From the NCBI GenBank assembly GCA_964016885.1, contig OZ024742.1, forward strand, positions 229,710,001 through 229,774,000: a stretch of DNA of 64,000 nucleotides, read 5' to 3'. Position 1 is the stretch's first letter. Every line of letters begins with the position of its first letter. Source of the DNA: Eledone cirrhosa. Taxonomy: Eukaryota. A program made the translations under genes and the position numbers. A model generated the notes under the pieces. It saw only the letters and a list, made by a program, of their open reading frames with translations, made no database searches and was not told the DNA's origin. Below are positions 29,376 to 45,193 of the stretch, piece after piece.

Positions 29376-31820
29376 TCACGAGTATGACACACACGCAAAC
29401 AAATTTCTAAATAGATTCATATAAACCGTTGTTTAGTCTATTCGATTCGTATGTAAAAGGAAGTTGAGGTGCAGAGTTAATTGAGCTTTGGATATCTGTT
29501 TCAAATATCTGCGCTCTTAGTTTAAAGTATATGTATATTCGTATATAAAGACCGTGCTGACTGTTATTTTCTTACCGAAGACAATTTGTGAATAATGAAA
29601 AAATGGTTAAACTGATGATATTCGTTTATCTCTTAAATAAAGAAATATATCTCTATGTCGTGGTTTATGTATTATACTATGTAGCTTTACATAAATGTAT
29701 GTATAATCATGGCGGCGAATTTGCAGAGTCGTTAGAACGTAAATAAATATTTATTTCTTTTTTTTTTTGTATTCGTTCCGGCTATTTGCTGACTGAGTTC
29801 AAATCCCGCCGAGGACAACTTTGTCTTTCATCATTTTGAGATTACTAAAAAAAAAGTAACAGTCTAGTACTGGGGTCGATTCCTGCTCTATATCTCTTTC
29901 TCACTTCTCTCTATTACTTTCTTTCCTTTTATGGGAGAAATTTGCTGTGTTCAGACCTGGGTAGGAGATTTTTAAATATCCCAAGAAATGCCGTATGTCA
30001 ATATGGCACGACTCATACCATACCATACCATGTATATATATATGGTAATGAGGGATGCGACAGTTTCGTCAACCAAAGTGTAACTTCCTTTGAAAAACTT
30101 CAAAATGTTTTACAATTTCTTTTACAATTCGGCGACAATATTCACTGATGACAATGCCTCAATCCCCTTAATTAACGATGAAATTTAAGTTGAAGGGACG
30201 ACTTATAAAGTTAGTGATAATGAAAATGTGGTTGAGGAAAAAGAGATTGAAGATGACGAATTTGAAATTAATTCGACCAGGTACTCGTAGAGGTTGATTG
30301 TTTTTGTAGGAATCTGTAAGAGAAAGAAGAAAGAGATAAAATGTACAAATGTATACTCCAAAACACTCACATATTTACACACATGCATACAGCCGTCCAC
30401 ATCCATACACACATGCATACATAAGGACATATATGCATTCACATATCCGCAAATAACATACTTACACACATACATCAAAATGCGCATATACACTCAAACA
30501 CACACACACACGCATACACGTATACCTACGTAACTGCATCCACAGAGAGGAACGTAAATAGATGTATACATTTATACATACAAGTATATTCTCACACACA
30601 CACACGCACGCATATGTACTGATATGCATACACATATACACAAATATACATAAATACACACATACATCAAAACGCGCACACACACTCTCACACACACACT
30701 CTCACACACACACACACACGCGCGCGCGTGCATAGACGTATACACGTATACTCAAGCTGACAATCGTAAATGCATCCACACAGAGGAATGTATATACATG
30801 TATACATTCATACATACAACGATATTCGCACACCCACACGCATACACACACACACACGCACACGCACACACGCACGCATGCGCACACACACAGGTATACA
30901 CACACACACGCATGCACAGACACACACACGCACGCGTACACATACACGCACACACAGAAACACGTACATACATATGTCTGATAGTCAAAGTTGACCCTTA
31001 TTACACTATTTTACTATCTTATGTATTTATTACCATAGATTCTTTGGTTACTCTTAGAAATCAGGTGGTATGTAGTATGCAAACGCTATCGATCTCCGAT
31101 TCTCTGTTGCATTTTCTTTCTTGTTATCTCGCAGACATCATACGTGATCATTGAATGCCGATTATTGGCTCTATAGATTCCGGTGGAGACATCAATCAGA
31201 TAAAGATCTCTTTAAGACGGCCTTTAATCTTATTGGCCGACGGGGTTTAATTGGTGACATAGATTATTTAGACTTGTCTCCCCTTTATATCTTACAACTA
31301 TATTAAATGGCGGGGAAAAGTAAATATGCTGACAGATACATACATAAACAGACATACTGACACAGCCGTTCACATACATACGTAAACGGACAAACAGACA
31401 CATCTACACATACATAAACAGACACATACATACATCTACAGATACAATCAGATACACATATAGACAAGCACATTTATATACACACATACATACACACAAA
31501 CACATACAGACACACAAACACATACATGCACGTGCACGCAAGTACACAGGCATGCTTACAGACATGCATACATACAGAAATACACACGTACACACGTGCG
31601 CACACACGCTCACATATGCGTTCATACAGACATGTGTATACACAAATATAAACACATACATTCAAAAACAAATACATACACTAATACACGCACATTCACC
31701 CACGTACACGAACATACACACATTGTCACACGTGTCGACATACATCTATACATACATATACACACATCCACACACGCACACACACACACACAAACACAAA
31801 CACACACACACACACACACA

Positions 31821-31890
<70 letters not shown>

Positions 31891-32060
31891 AATTAATATA
31901 AATTAATATACGATAAACACTAATACAATTATATAAGTGTTTGTATTGCAAATGACCAAGTTAGCTAGATTGAAAAATACTAATTAAAATTAATACAGTT
32001 TGCCTGTCTCGATTTAAAATAATAAATCAATAAAAACAAACCCATATTGGCAATAGCCGT

Positions 32061-32185
32061 GATACCTGGACAAATTTAAATTTCAAAACCCAAATCTGTT
32101 TCGCAGACAAATTTAAATTTCAAAACTCAAATCCGTTTCGCAACAATAAGTGAAAATTCCATTTCTGTGCTCTTCTGCAGGTATC
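32061..32185 (-). ncRNA. Type I hammerhead-like motif with CAGAAGA core and duplicated stem III
   Basis: 8-bp stem I GAUACCUG/CAGGUAUC, core CAGAAGA, GCA/UGC stem II, GAAA, ~14-bp G-U-rich stem III, GUC site; 37-bp duplication at 32069-32142. Confidence 0.72.
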
Positions 32186-32653
32186 CAGAAAATTGGTATG
32201 TTTCACCTCAAAATACTTAGATGGACTGAGAGAAAAAGTGTTGAACGCACATGGTTTCTCAGCGCCTAGCCAGTCCTATACTCGTGCCGCTAGAAATAAC
32301 AGCCGTTTTTATGGGACTAAAATTTAGCTCAACAAAAGGAGCCGTTAATACTATATATAGAGTTATAAACTCAAACAGTCTTTTACAATTAAATAGCTGA
32401 AAGAAAGAGATATTTCTGAGCCGTGAAATACAAATTAATATAAATTAATATACGATAAACACTAATACAATTATATAAGTGTTTGTATTGCAAATGACCA
32501 AGTTAGCTAGATTGAAAAATACTAATTAAAATTAATAGTTTGCCTGTCTCGATCTAAAATAATAAATCAATAAAAACAAACCCATATTGGCAATAGCCGT
32601 GATACGGCTATTTAATTGTAAAAGACTGTTTGAGTTTATAACTCTATATATAG

Positions 32654-32705
<52 letters not shown>

Positions 32706-33124
32706 GTTTTAATCTATTGTAAAACTGTATTCATTGAGTAATCAATGAACCATATTAATCTTTGGTTATACATATATATATTTTTTTTGGGGGGGGGGGG
32801 GGGCGTTTTGGAAGCCTCAACAATGCAGAGGGGTAAATCTCTGGGTAACAGAATCCGGTGGGGAAGAGAGAAATGTAAGGGAATGTAGAATGAGATGTAT
32901 AGTGTGTAGAGGAACGTAGGAAAGAGCGTAAAAAAAAAATAATAACACGAGATAGAGTTACCTTGGGAGAGATTTATTTGTCCCTATATTTCGGATTCGC
33001 ATCCATCGACTGGGGGGTTTTCGGGCGGGGGAAGTTATCTGCCGGAGAGGAACGGAACGTGTTTGTGACTAACAGCGGACAACAGAGGACACGTACCGTT
33101 CCTCTCCGACAGATAACTTTCCCC

Positions 33125-33257
<133 letters not shown>

Positions 33258-34949
33258 TGTGTGTGTGTGTGTTTGTGTGTGTGTATATATATATTTATAC
33301 ACATGTATCATGTTGACACTGCTATAGAGGAAGTTCTATTTAATAGTACTCATCATATGGAGTCGGTTTTGATGGTGACTATGCTGATAGTGATGGTTGT
33401 GATTGTGGCTGTGGTGAGGGTTGGGTTGTGATGGTTGTGGTGGTGATAGTGGTTGTGATGGTGGAGGTAGTGGGAGTGGTTGTATTGTGGTGGTAGTGTT
33501 TGAGGTTTGGGGATTGTAGTAGTGTGGTGCTGGTCGTGATGGCAGTGGTTGTTATAGTTGTGTTACTGTTGTTGATAGTGGCATTACTGTTAGTGGTTTG
33601 ATCGTAATGTTGGTGGTACTGGTGGTCCTGATGTTGGTTGTTATTTTTGCTGTTGTTGATGTTACTGTTTGAGTTGTGGTCTTTGTATCTCCCTGTGTAG
33701 ATCTCTACTTCCATTTTCCCCTATGCATACTAGTGTATAGCGATTCCCCCGTGTGGTCAAAAACAAATGTTGAATAAAGCAACATTAAAAGAGCACACAC
33801 ACTCATTTACATACAGAAACACAAACAACACCAACACACAGATCACTCATAGATATATACAGACACATATATACACGTACTCATGCACACACTTTCGCAC
33901 ACACACAGAAAAAGAACGCCTAGATAAATACATATAGACACACACGCCCAAACAATTAAAATCACACAAACGCATATACAAACACAAACACAAATTCATA
34001 CACCCATACGTATAAACGCTCACATATAAAAACATACCATTACACCGTGTGTCACATGCACACACACACGTATATACACACAAATACAAACACACACCCA
34101 CAAACACACGCACATATACACATGAGCACATACGTATGATGGCATTTAAAATTATGTGAAGGTTCCTCTGTAAGGTAGGTGCAAATGCCATGGGCGCTTC
34201 TTTCAGTTACCCAAGATAAATATATATATACTACGGCATTGTGTAGTTTTCCCTATTTAGCATTGTTAGTGTATGTATGTACGCACATATGTATGTATAT
34301 ATGTATGTATGTCAGGTCGCTCTCCAGTACTACTGGTAGCATGTAATCCAGTACAACCCGTCTCAAGGTCGGGTCGTCGGCGACTAAACTGGCAACACCA
34401 CCAAGCTTACTTGATGAAGAGGGTGATATTCGGACAACCCCCGGGATGAAATACAAGACCCGGTATAGGGCGGAGGAACTCTGAAAAGAAAAAAAAACCT
34501 GCCGCTTCGGCAGCATCAGATGATGATGACTAGTGGTTCTCCTTTTCGGGTAGTGTTTTCGATGCTCAGAGAGTGGGATTGGTTGAGTGCAAGGCCTTTC
34601 CCCACTTAAAAAAACCTTCAAAGCACAGGCATTGCTTGTTCAATATCTGTACAGTTTCGTGTGGCAGGTCGTAGCCTAAAAGTGCACCAAACTCTATAAA
34701 CTGACAAGTATTTTTGCAATAATCTTAGCAGAGTGTGGAGCCATCGTGTATGTATGTATGCATGTATCCCTGCCTGCACACTTGTGTATAAATATATATA
34801 AACACGCACTAATTGCGGAACTAGCTGTTGAAACGGCAAGAGCTCAGTCGTCGAATTCCCGACTCTTTCATATTACCACACTCTACTACAACAAGTATCA
34901 AGTACCCTGGTGAGTAATGGTCTAACAGAATTTTACTGCATACATTTTG

Positions 34950-34988
<39 letters not shown>

Positions 34989-35341
34989 TATAGTTATATA
35001 GTTAAGCGTGTGTGAGTCAAATTTGCATATTAGTGTTGTTTAAATCTCAATATGTAAGAAAATATTAATGTCGGATATTTCTATCAATAAATAAAAGCCC
35101 TTAAACTATACTTACTGCACAGTAGTATCTATAATAAGTATTAGACAGAAGTCCATTCATTTACTCCAATAATTATTTTTATACTTTCGTTTATAGGTTT
35201 GCTTTGAATTTCATTAATGTTTAATAAAAGTGATGGTGGGATGGATATATTTATATTTAATAATTTTGATATGAAAACATTTTCAGACATGTATGTATCA
35301 GCGTGTGTGTGAGTGTGTATGTGTGTATGCATGTATGTATG

Positions 35342-35425
<84 letters not shown>

Positions 35426-36366
35426 TGTATGTATGTATGTATATAAATATGTATATATGTATGCATGCTTGCATGTATGTACGTATATATATATGTACGT
35501 GTGTTTGTATGTATGGAACTATGGATGTCTGTGTATGTATGGCTTGGTGGTTAGAAAATTGTGTTCACTACCGTGAGGTTTTCATTTCGATTCCTGAACT
35601 TAGCGATGTGTTATGTCCTTGAGCAAGACACTTTATTTCATTTCACTTTTGTTCAGTTCACTGTTGCAAAAATAAGCTTCGACATCATTGGAGGACTTCG
35701 CAATTGTCTTGGACGACATCGGCGGTGTGGTGCGCGGAGACTGGTATGCATGGTCAACTGATACTCTTCCACAGGAAACACTTTTACCCTAGCTTGTGCC
35801 TCGGCGAGGAACTTTCCATGTGCAAACCCCTCTCTCACTTCCCCTCATATATATATATGAATAAACGAAATTAATTTAAATACTTCATATTTATAAATAT
35901 ACACTGGAGTACACAGACCCAACTGCGCACTTCGTCGAGTGATCTACCCTACATACTGAAGTGTCGTTGATGAACACATACTAGGTGATTCATATATACA
36001 TACATGCAGTTTCCGTCTACCACATTTCAATAACAAGACACTTTTTGAAAGTACCACCAAAAGTCTGAACTAACAGACTCACGCCGTCCTCTGTGTTGCA
36101 AATTTTATTCAGTAAGTATATATTTCTTAAAGGATTGATTAAGTAATTTATTTTAAACTGGTAAAATAATTGCATAAATGTTAATCAAAGCCCTTATGTA
36201 ATAATTTGCCTTGTAGTCCTTACATAATCGATTTAGTAATTATATATTTTTGACTTGATAAGATTTCAATATTTGAGCTCAACATCAGCATCTGCGACAG
36301 CTGATATCTGAATATCTTAATATCAGATTCACATCATGAGTCATTGAGATATGTAGCCGATGTATA

Positions 36367-37603
<1,237 letters not shown>

Positions 37604-37640
37604 CACATTTCGCAATGCTTCAAGCAAACTTTAACACCCT

Positions 37641-37685
<45 letters not shown>

Positions 37686-38354
37686 GTGTGTTTGTGTGTG
37701 TGGATGTATATACAGATGTATCCATTTATTTATGTGCTATGTATGCATGTACATATGTATATATTACACTAGTGTCGTAAAATGTTCATGTTCTCAGGGA
37801 TGTGGTGACATCAATTATCCTCTATTTCATATGATAAATATATTTCTTACTTCCTTATTATCAGCCTATATATGTATGAGAAGATAAAGGCTTAGCGTGT
37901 CTAACAGGTTCCTTGTTTTTTGTCTGGACACTTCATTATCTATCTTGATATCAATCATTCCTGCGTATCCAGCTGTATTAAAGTACCAGAAATGACTGGA
38001 CTTGTGCCTAAATTAAAATCACAATCAGAGTTTGTTACATCGTCTCAAGTTCAAGGATAAAAAAGAAGCCCTCTTTTTTTCTTTGAACGGTTAAACTTTA
38101 AATTAAAATATAGACACACCTTTCGTTCTAAGAATGTGTCAGAGAAGAAATCAATAACGGTTGTCGCTCTAAGTCAATAGAAAATTATTTTTTATGTGGG
38201 AAACCAATCCCCCATGCATGCAATTTCTTCTCGATATGTCACTGATATGGTCCAAGTGAAATACAAAGGCTAACAAAGCTTGGAACGAGTGACGTTGCAA
38301 ACGAATTCAGAATGCAAAAGCCTTAAGTGATACTGCATTATTTTCAGTACTCTA

Positions 38355-38540
38355 GGCGGTGGATTGGCAGTATTGGTAGAGGGTTGGATGCCATGCTTTG
38401 CAGCATAGAGTTACGCCCCTTTACGGTCTGAGTTAAAATCCCGCCGAGGTTAACTTTGCCTTTCATCCTTAGGAGTCGATAAAATAAAGTACCAGTAATG
38501 CACGGAGATAATTGCTGGCATTGTGCCAAAAGTAGAAACA
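38355..38540 (+). mobile_element. Same SINE family, 18-bp TSD
   Basis: TSD attattttcagtactcta at 38337 and 38541. Confidence 0.9.
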
Positions 38541-39248
38541 ATTATTTTCAGTACTCTAACAATTATGCCAATCCTCCACTTTGACCTCGTACTTTCTATG
38601 ATTCTTCTCGAAATCATAAAAGGAAAAAATTTAATTCAAGTCTGATTTGAACTCAAAACACCGGATCAAGTATCGCGAAGCACTTAATCCGTCGCTTTAA
38701 GAACTCTGTTAATTCGTCGTTCTTTAAATAGAAAACCACAACCATATAGTAAATGGAAACGACTGCCACATCTTTTTTCAGTATAGATGTATTTAAAATG
38801 TTTAGACCCGCAATTTAATTCATCTTGGCATTGGGCTCACTCTTAATGTTTTTTTTCAATCATTATTCAAATATAGGACTTCCGATTTGCTTCATGATTT
38901 AAGGTGTTTAAAGAAATATTGAAACATAACTTTATTAATCCTTAACTCAGTTATTAAATGGTATTCTACTTAGTACTTTCTCTCACATCATACTGTTATT
39001 TGTTGTCAGTCATTTCTCTTCATAATAAAAAAAATAAATAAATAGACACAAGATGATATCTGATACACTAAATTCACTAAAATCTTATGAATCACTACAA
39101 CGAACCAAGACAACAAGTGATATCTCAAAAATAACTTTTCAGACGGAAAAAAAGTTTCATGTATATTATTAATTCCGTTTTATAAGGATTCTCTTTCACT
39201 CAATTTTATAGCATTTGTTAAACGTGTTTTGGTGTTATCAAAAGAATG

Positions 39249-39284
<36 letters not shown>

Positions 39285-42200
39285 TCCGCTAATATGAAAA
39301 AAAACAAGAACAATAAGAATAGAATGAAAAGCAAAGGAATAAAATTATTGGTTTGTGTTATCAAAATAGCCGCTATACTTAGGTAAATTATAGAGTAGAT
39401 GTTAGTATTTAAATGTATGTTTCGAACGTTTTCCCCATAAAAATAACTTCATTAATTCAATGTCTATATTTTCTCTTATTAATTATTTGAGAAAATATCA
39501 CAACCTCATTCATAAACAGCTAATAATATTTAATGTCTATCTATTTAGTTTATATTGCTCTTCTGACTTTCATTTGGCCTACAAAGAGGAAACAGCAATA
39601 AGGCGATGATGAGGATGATAATGGCGGCAGCAGTAACTTCAGAATTATGTGATGATGAAAATATCGACTGCAATTTCAATCTAAAAATATTTTAATTTTC
39701 ATTGTTTTTATTTGTGGTGATTTTTACTGTTCAAGAGAATTATCAACGTTTAAGACGTTGATCTTTCATGTGATAGAACAAACATCGTTTCCGAGCTTGC
39801 GTGTGTGTGTGTTTGCTTATATATGCATTTATGTATATATTAACGACAGAGTTTGGTAGTACTTCTTACTTATATAGTATGTGTGTATTTATTTGCAGAA
39901 AGGTAAACACACATGCAAATTATGTATGTATCTACCTACCTACTTAAATACCTTACCAAACTATATATTCATTTACGTAATATATAATATATGCTATATA
40001 TGTATGTGTATGTACGTATATGTATGTACATTTGTATGTACATGTATATGTATGTATATATGTATGTATGAATCTATGTATGTAAGTCAGGTCCCTCTTC
40101 AGAGCTACTGCTAACATGTAACCCAATGCAATCTGTGCACGATCGTCGATAACACCAGCAACCCCTCAAAGTTTACTTGCTGAGGAGGGTGAATTTGGAC
40201 ACCCTGCGGGATGAAAAACAAAACCCAACAAAGGGTCGAACTCAGGAACATCAACGACCATCCAATAAATCATTTTGTTTTGTGGAGCGAGAGACTCCTA
40301 GTCTTCATTAAGGCATCTCTCTAGGAAAAGATTACTCTTGTATAAAACCTGCGACTTCGTTTGCATCCAATGATGTAGAGCAGTTCTTCTTTTTGAGCAA
40401 AGGCATTCGATGTTCAGAGAGTGGGATTGGCCCCGTGCAAAGCCTTTTCTCACTTAAAAAGACTTCAAGCAAAGTATTGTCACGTCCGCTTCAGTATCAA
40501 GCGATGATATTACACGAATCGAGTTGCAACCACCATCTATGTCTGATGCAAGTATGTACGTATGTATGTTTGTATATGTGAGAGTGTATGGATATGTGTA
40601 TACGTTTACATTTGTATTTTGTTTTTAAATATGTAATTATCCTCAAAGTAATTTGGTAACTGACTTAAATTGGCGAGTGTTAGACAAAGTATTATTCATA
40701 AGAAGCTGTAAGTTGCTCCGTCTTACTTTTGTTGACAGAAATGAAGTAGTAAACACCATGTGAAACTAGACGAGCTGTTCGACGGTATACTTATAAAGGA
40801 AACCTGTTGTAAAAGTATCTATTTACTTAAACTGAATTATGATTTCTTCACTCGCACACCGTATAAGTCATTTACTAAATATATTTTTAAATGCGCCTTA
40901 CGTCCTGACATCTATCCCTAGCAGAGACCATCACATTCTAGGTGTAAACTTAGCGGATTGCTACTGGAGAAAGTGGGGGAGAGAGTGAGTGTGAGAGCGA
41001 GAGGGGGAGAAGGAGGAGGGGGAGGGGCGAGATGAGAAAATGAGCCAGAGAAAGAATCGAAACGATAAAAGAGACAATTGGCCTCGGGGTGCAGACAACG
41101 GGACCGTGTATCTCGAAACATTTTATCCATCGTTGTAACGAATCTGCTACTTCACTGCCTAGATACTATATGATGTCAATCTGTAAAGAATAGGATTTTC
41201 ACTTGAATAGCGCAAGATTGTCGTTTCCTCAATGGTGATATTAAAAAAAATGTAGCAGCTATTTCTATCGGTAGTAGCATTTAGAAACTTCCCATTGACT
41301 CACATGCTTGAGATAATGGTTAGAAATATGAGAATTACGCAGTGTTTTATTTGTTTGGTAGTATGTGTTTGCAATAGCGGCCATATTTAATCGTAATTTG
41401 TTTAACGATTTGTAAAGATGTGCTGAATCATAGAAAATTCAAGAGAATGAAGAACCTGTTAGAAAACTGGAACGCATTAGAGTTACAGTAGAGGATTCTT
41501 TCATTTTCATATAGTTTAGAATTGATAGACGCAACGTTTCAGCAGTTCAAACTCAGACCAATTTATTTTCATCAAAATTGTTTCGTATTAACAAATATTT
41601 CAATTTGCAGATCAATATAGAATATTTGGTTAGATTTATACATTTATATGATGTTATATATTGGAATTTGCCTCTTTCCTTCTGACTATTGTCGCTCCAG
41701 TTTTGGATATAAGATCGGAGTTGATGAGAAGCAAACAAAAAGAAAAGAATAGAAAAGAAAAGCGTAATTAAAGCTGACATCTAAACTTACAGCAAACTAT
41801 TCCATATTATTTTCAAAAAGAAAATTATAACACTTTGCACAAAAATTTGATAATTCATTTTTCCTCTTTTATTTTTCCGTGTTCTCTTCGTCTTCTTCCT
41901 GGTAATTAGAGAACCGATATAGAGTATGTATTTAAATTGATTAATCAAAATTACTTAATCGATATATCTGAGTTAATTTGAAGTTGCTAGAATTAATAGT
42001 CATCAACTTTGATTTTTCTGAAGCGCGAAAATTAGTCATTAATTTACTGTTCTTTTAATCAACACATATCTTGTGTTGGCGGTGTTTCTATATTTTAATC
42101 AAATTTGCGCGAAATCCTGCAATACAAGCTATAAAGAAAAAGCTATTTCCATACATTTTATCGTGATGTTATCGCACTGAGCACGATTCCTTGATTAACT

Positions 42201-42373
42201 GAGTAACGAACCAAATTAAAGATGGAAGCAAACTAGAGATATGTATCGGCTTTCGGCAGAAATTCATATTTTGTCAAATAAACACGATGTACACAGACAA
42301 ACTCACACGCACATACACATATGTATATATATATACATAGACCCACACACGCATATATATGTCTGAGTGAGCG

Positions 42374-42415
<42 letters not shown>

Positions 42416-42588
42416 TAATATGTATAAGTAAATAAATGAATAAGTAAACGAAATAGATGAATAAATAAATAGTGATTAGTTAATTAACGGAATTATTTCC
42501 GTGAAACATAATTTAATGAATAACAACTAGAAAAACATAATTATAAAATAACTTAACGCATTTCAAAGTGTTTAAACTGCAACATTGA

Positions 42589-42589
<1 letters not shown>

Positions 42590-42657
<68 letters not shown>

Positions 42658-42743
42658 CAGTAGTAGTAATAATAGTAGTAGTGGTGGTAGTAGTATAGTA
42701 GTAGCAGCAGCAGCAACAACAGCAGCAGTAGTAGTAGTAGTAA

Positions 42744-42792
<49 letters not shown>

Positions 42793-42795
42793 TGC

Positions 42796-42883
<88 letters not shown>

Positions 42884-42925
42884 CAGTAGTAGTAGTAGTA
42901 GTAGAAGTAGCAGTAGTAGCAGTAG
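42590..42925. repeat. Compound (TAG)n/(CAG)n microsatellite
   Basis: Direct reading. Confidence 0.97.
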
Positions 42926-43619
42926 GGATATTTGCAGTGAATATCGATGTTCGCAGTGAATTTCAGAGTGTTATCTCTTGTATCATGTACACAATGTTCG
43001 AATTCTATTTAATGAGAAATTATCGCATGCTATCGTGTACAAAACGAGAGATTGAGAACTAATAGCAAATTCAAAATAATGTGGATTGTGTTATGCATAA
43101 ATACACGTTTTCACCAATGTTTACTGTCCTTACAACTACTCATATCATGTAACATCTTTGCAATTAACTCATTGAGCATTTCTACCCCCAATGCTAAACA
43201 CCCAGTCGTTTTATATCATTGAAAATGGTGTGAAAATGAATATTGTATTGAAATATTTCTGAGAAATCGGGATTTTGCTGGATAACATCGTAAAAGTTTA
43301 TTTAAAAAATTACATGAACTCCAGGATAGCATTATGCACAAGAATATAACTAGTTCCCATAATTTTAGTGTCAGAAATAGGGCTTATATTGCACACAATG
43401 AACACAGGTTTTACAATGCTCAAAGAAATAGACAAACCATAAACTGGTAATCTGAGGTGGTAATATCTGGAATTCATTTGATTGCATTTGTAAACAATTA
43501 GATGAACTCAGCCTAAACTACTGAATTCTGCACTGAATTCTGCTAAGAATAGCAAACAAATCAACATACGCTACTATCTTTAAAAATAAGAGAATATAGA
43601 TCATATATCAAATTAAAAA

Positions 43620-45117
43620 GCTAATGAAACTTAACCTCACATGGAGGCGTAGGGGCGCCGTGTTGACACAAGCTGTGTATTAAAGGCCGAAAATTCGACA
43701 GACATAATCTGAGGAATTGATGTTAATACCCGAAAACTCCTAAACAACACCGGAAACTTCCACATCAACAGTGGCATCGAACCGCCTCTAGTTGTAACGT
43801 AAGCAGACAACCAGAGGACTTAAATCAGTCCAGACAGCATTTCAGTGTCACATCATGTCTCTCTGACAACATCTACGAACTTTCAAGCTTAGGGCGCATT
43901 TATCGAGCAAGTCTGTCTGCATGAGACAGATGAGATCATGAGAGTTGGGAAGGATTGCTTTGAAATATACTCCCTGCCTTATAATAAAAAAAACTCACAC
44001 CCAGGGAAATTGCTCAGCAATACCGCAGTGAATCGATGGATGATAAGCTGCATGGTTATCAGCAAAAAATATTGTGCATGGATGTGTTGCTAGGTGGCTC
44101 CAGAGTGGGAGTAATATAGATAAACAAAGTAGACTATCTTGGACCAACAACCGCTATAGTGGCTCCCACTTTGAAGGATTCGCTTTTGCAATCCAAGAAC
44201 AGGATACTAATACCAAATACCTGATTCACAAAAGAGATAGCAAATACCTGATTCATGCAAAACACATACGACAACAAATGTATACCCTGCGGGATTACAA
44301 TCGAAGATGTCACTCATGTAATAAGCAGCTGTTCAAAGATGTCATCAAGGTACTATCTAACTATGAGGCATGGTCCAATGTAATCGGCAGAAAATATATC
44401 CCCAGCAATAAACATATTAAAAGTTACAGCAATGTGGAAGATATATCCATACATATTATGAAAGAGTACTGGTGGAAAGTTCCAGTCAAAACCCCAATAA
44501 AATGCAGGCATAACAGACCTGATATTATGATAAGTGACATGAAAAGAAGGCATGCAGAGTAGTAGAAGTTAGCTGCTCAGCAGATGCCAATATAGTATCA
44601 AAGATTGGCGAAAATGAAAATATCTATGTAGAACTAACGAGGAATCTGCAGATACTCCACCCTGATTATACCTTCAGATTTATGCCTGTGATTATTGGGA
44701 CACTGGGATATGTTAGTAATTGCCTCAGTACAAACCTTGAGAAGCTGGGCTTCACAGAAACAGAAAGAACACAAGTTAAGAAATTACAATTGTAATCCAT
44801 CAATGGAACAGTAAAAATATGTAAAACATTCCAAAAATTCTGCATCTGATAACTTCATATACACATGTACAGACACAAAGCATATGCACATGTACACATA
44901 AAACTCAAAACATACACATATACACATACAATAACATCCATACCTACACACACATACATGCATGCAACATGCATACTTATCTATCTAGTTGATCGTGTTT
45001 AAATTCCAATGGAAGAGTCTTGAGTCTATGTAAGAATCCTACTCTCTCGCCTTTGAGAAAAAAATTATATAATTATATAATTATATAATTATATAATTAT
45101 AACCCAGAAAAACATAA
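43620..45117 (+). pseudogene. Decayed, 5'-truncated R4/Dong-like element (C-terminal/RLE region plus 3'UTR)
   Basis: Frameshifted SHFEGFAFAIQEQDTNTKYLIHKR, KEYWW..HNRPDIM, VVEVSC, PVIIGTLGY and GTVKICKTF are colinear with the C-terminus of the intact ORF; the element ends at (TACA)n. Confidence 0.88.
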
Positions 45118-45193
45118 TACATACATACATGCATGCATACGTACATACATACATACATACATACATACATACATACATACATACATACATACA

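Noticed and set aside
33379-33714. Thr/Asn-rich mucin-like ORF
   Set aside because: Degenerate (GTG/GTT)n low-complexity DNA with no splice or domain support.
40960-41120. Purine-rich promoter-like stretch
   Set aside because: No linked gene or diagnostic motif; cannot be supported from sequence alone.
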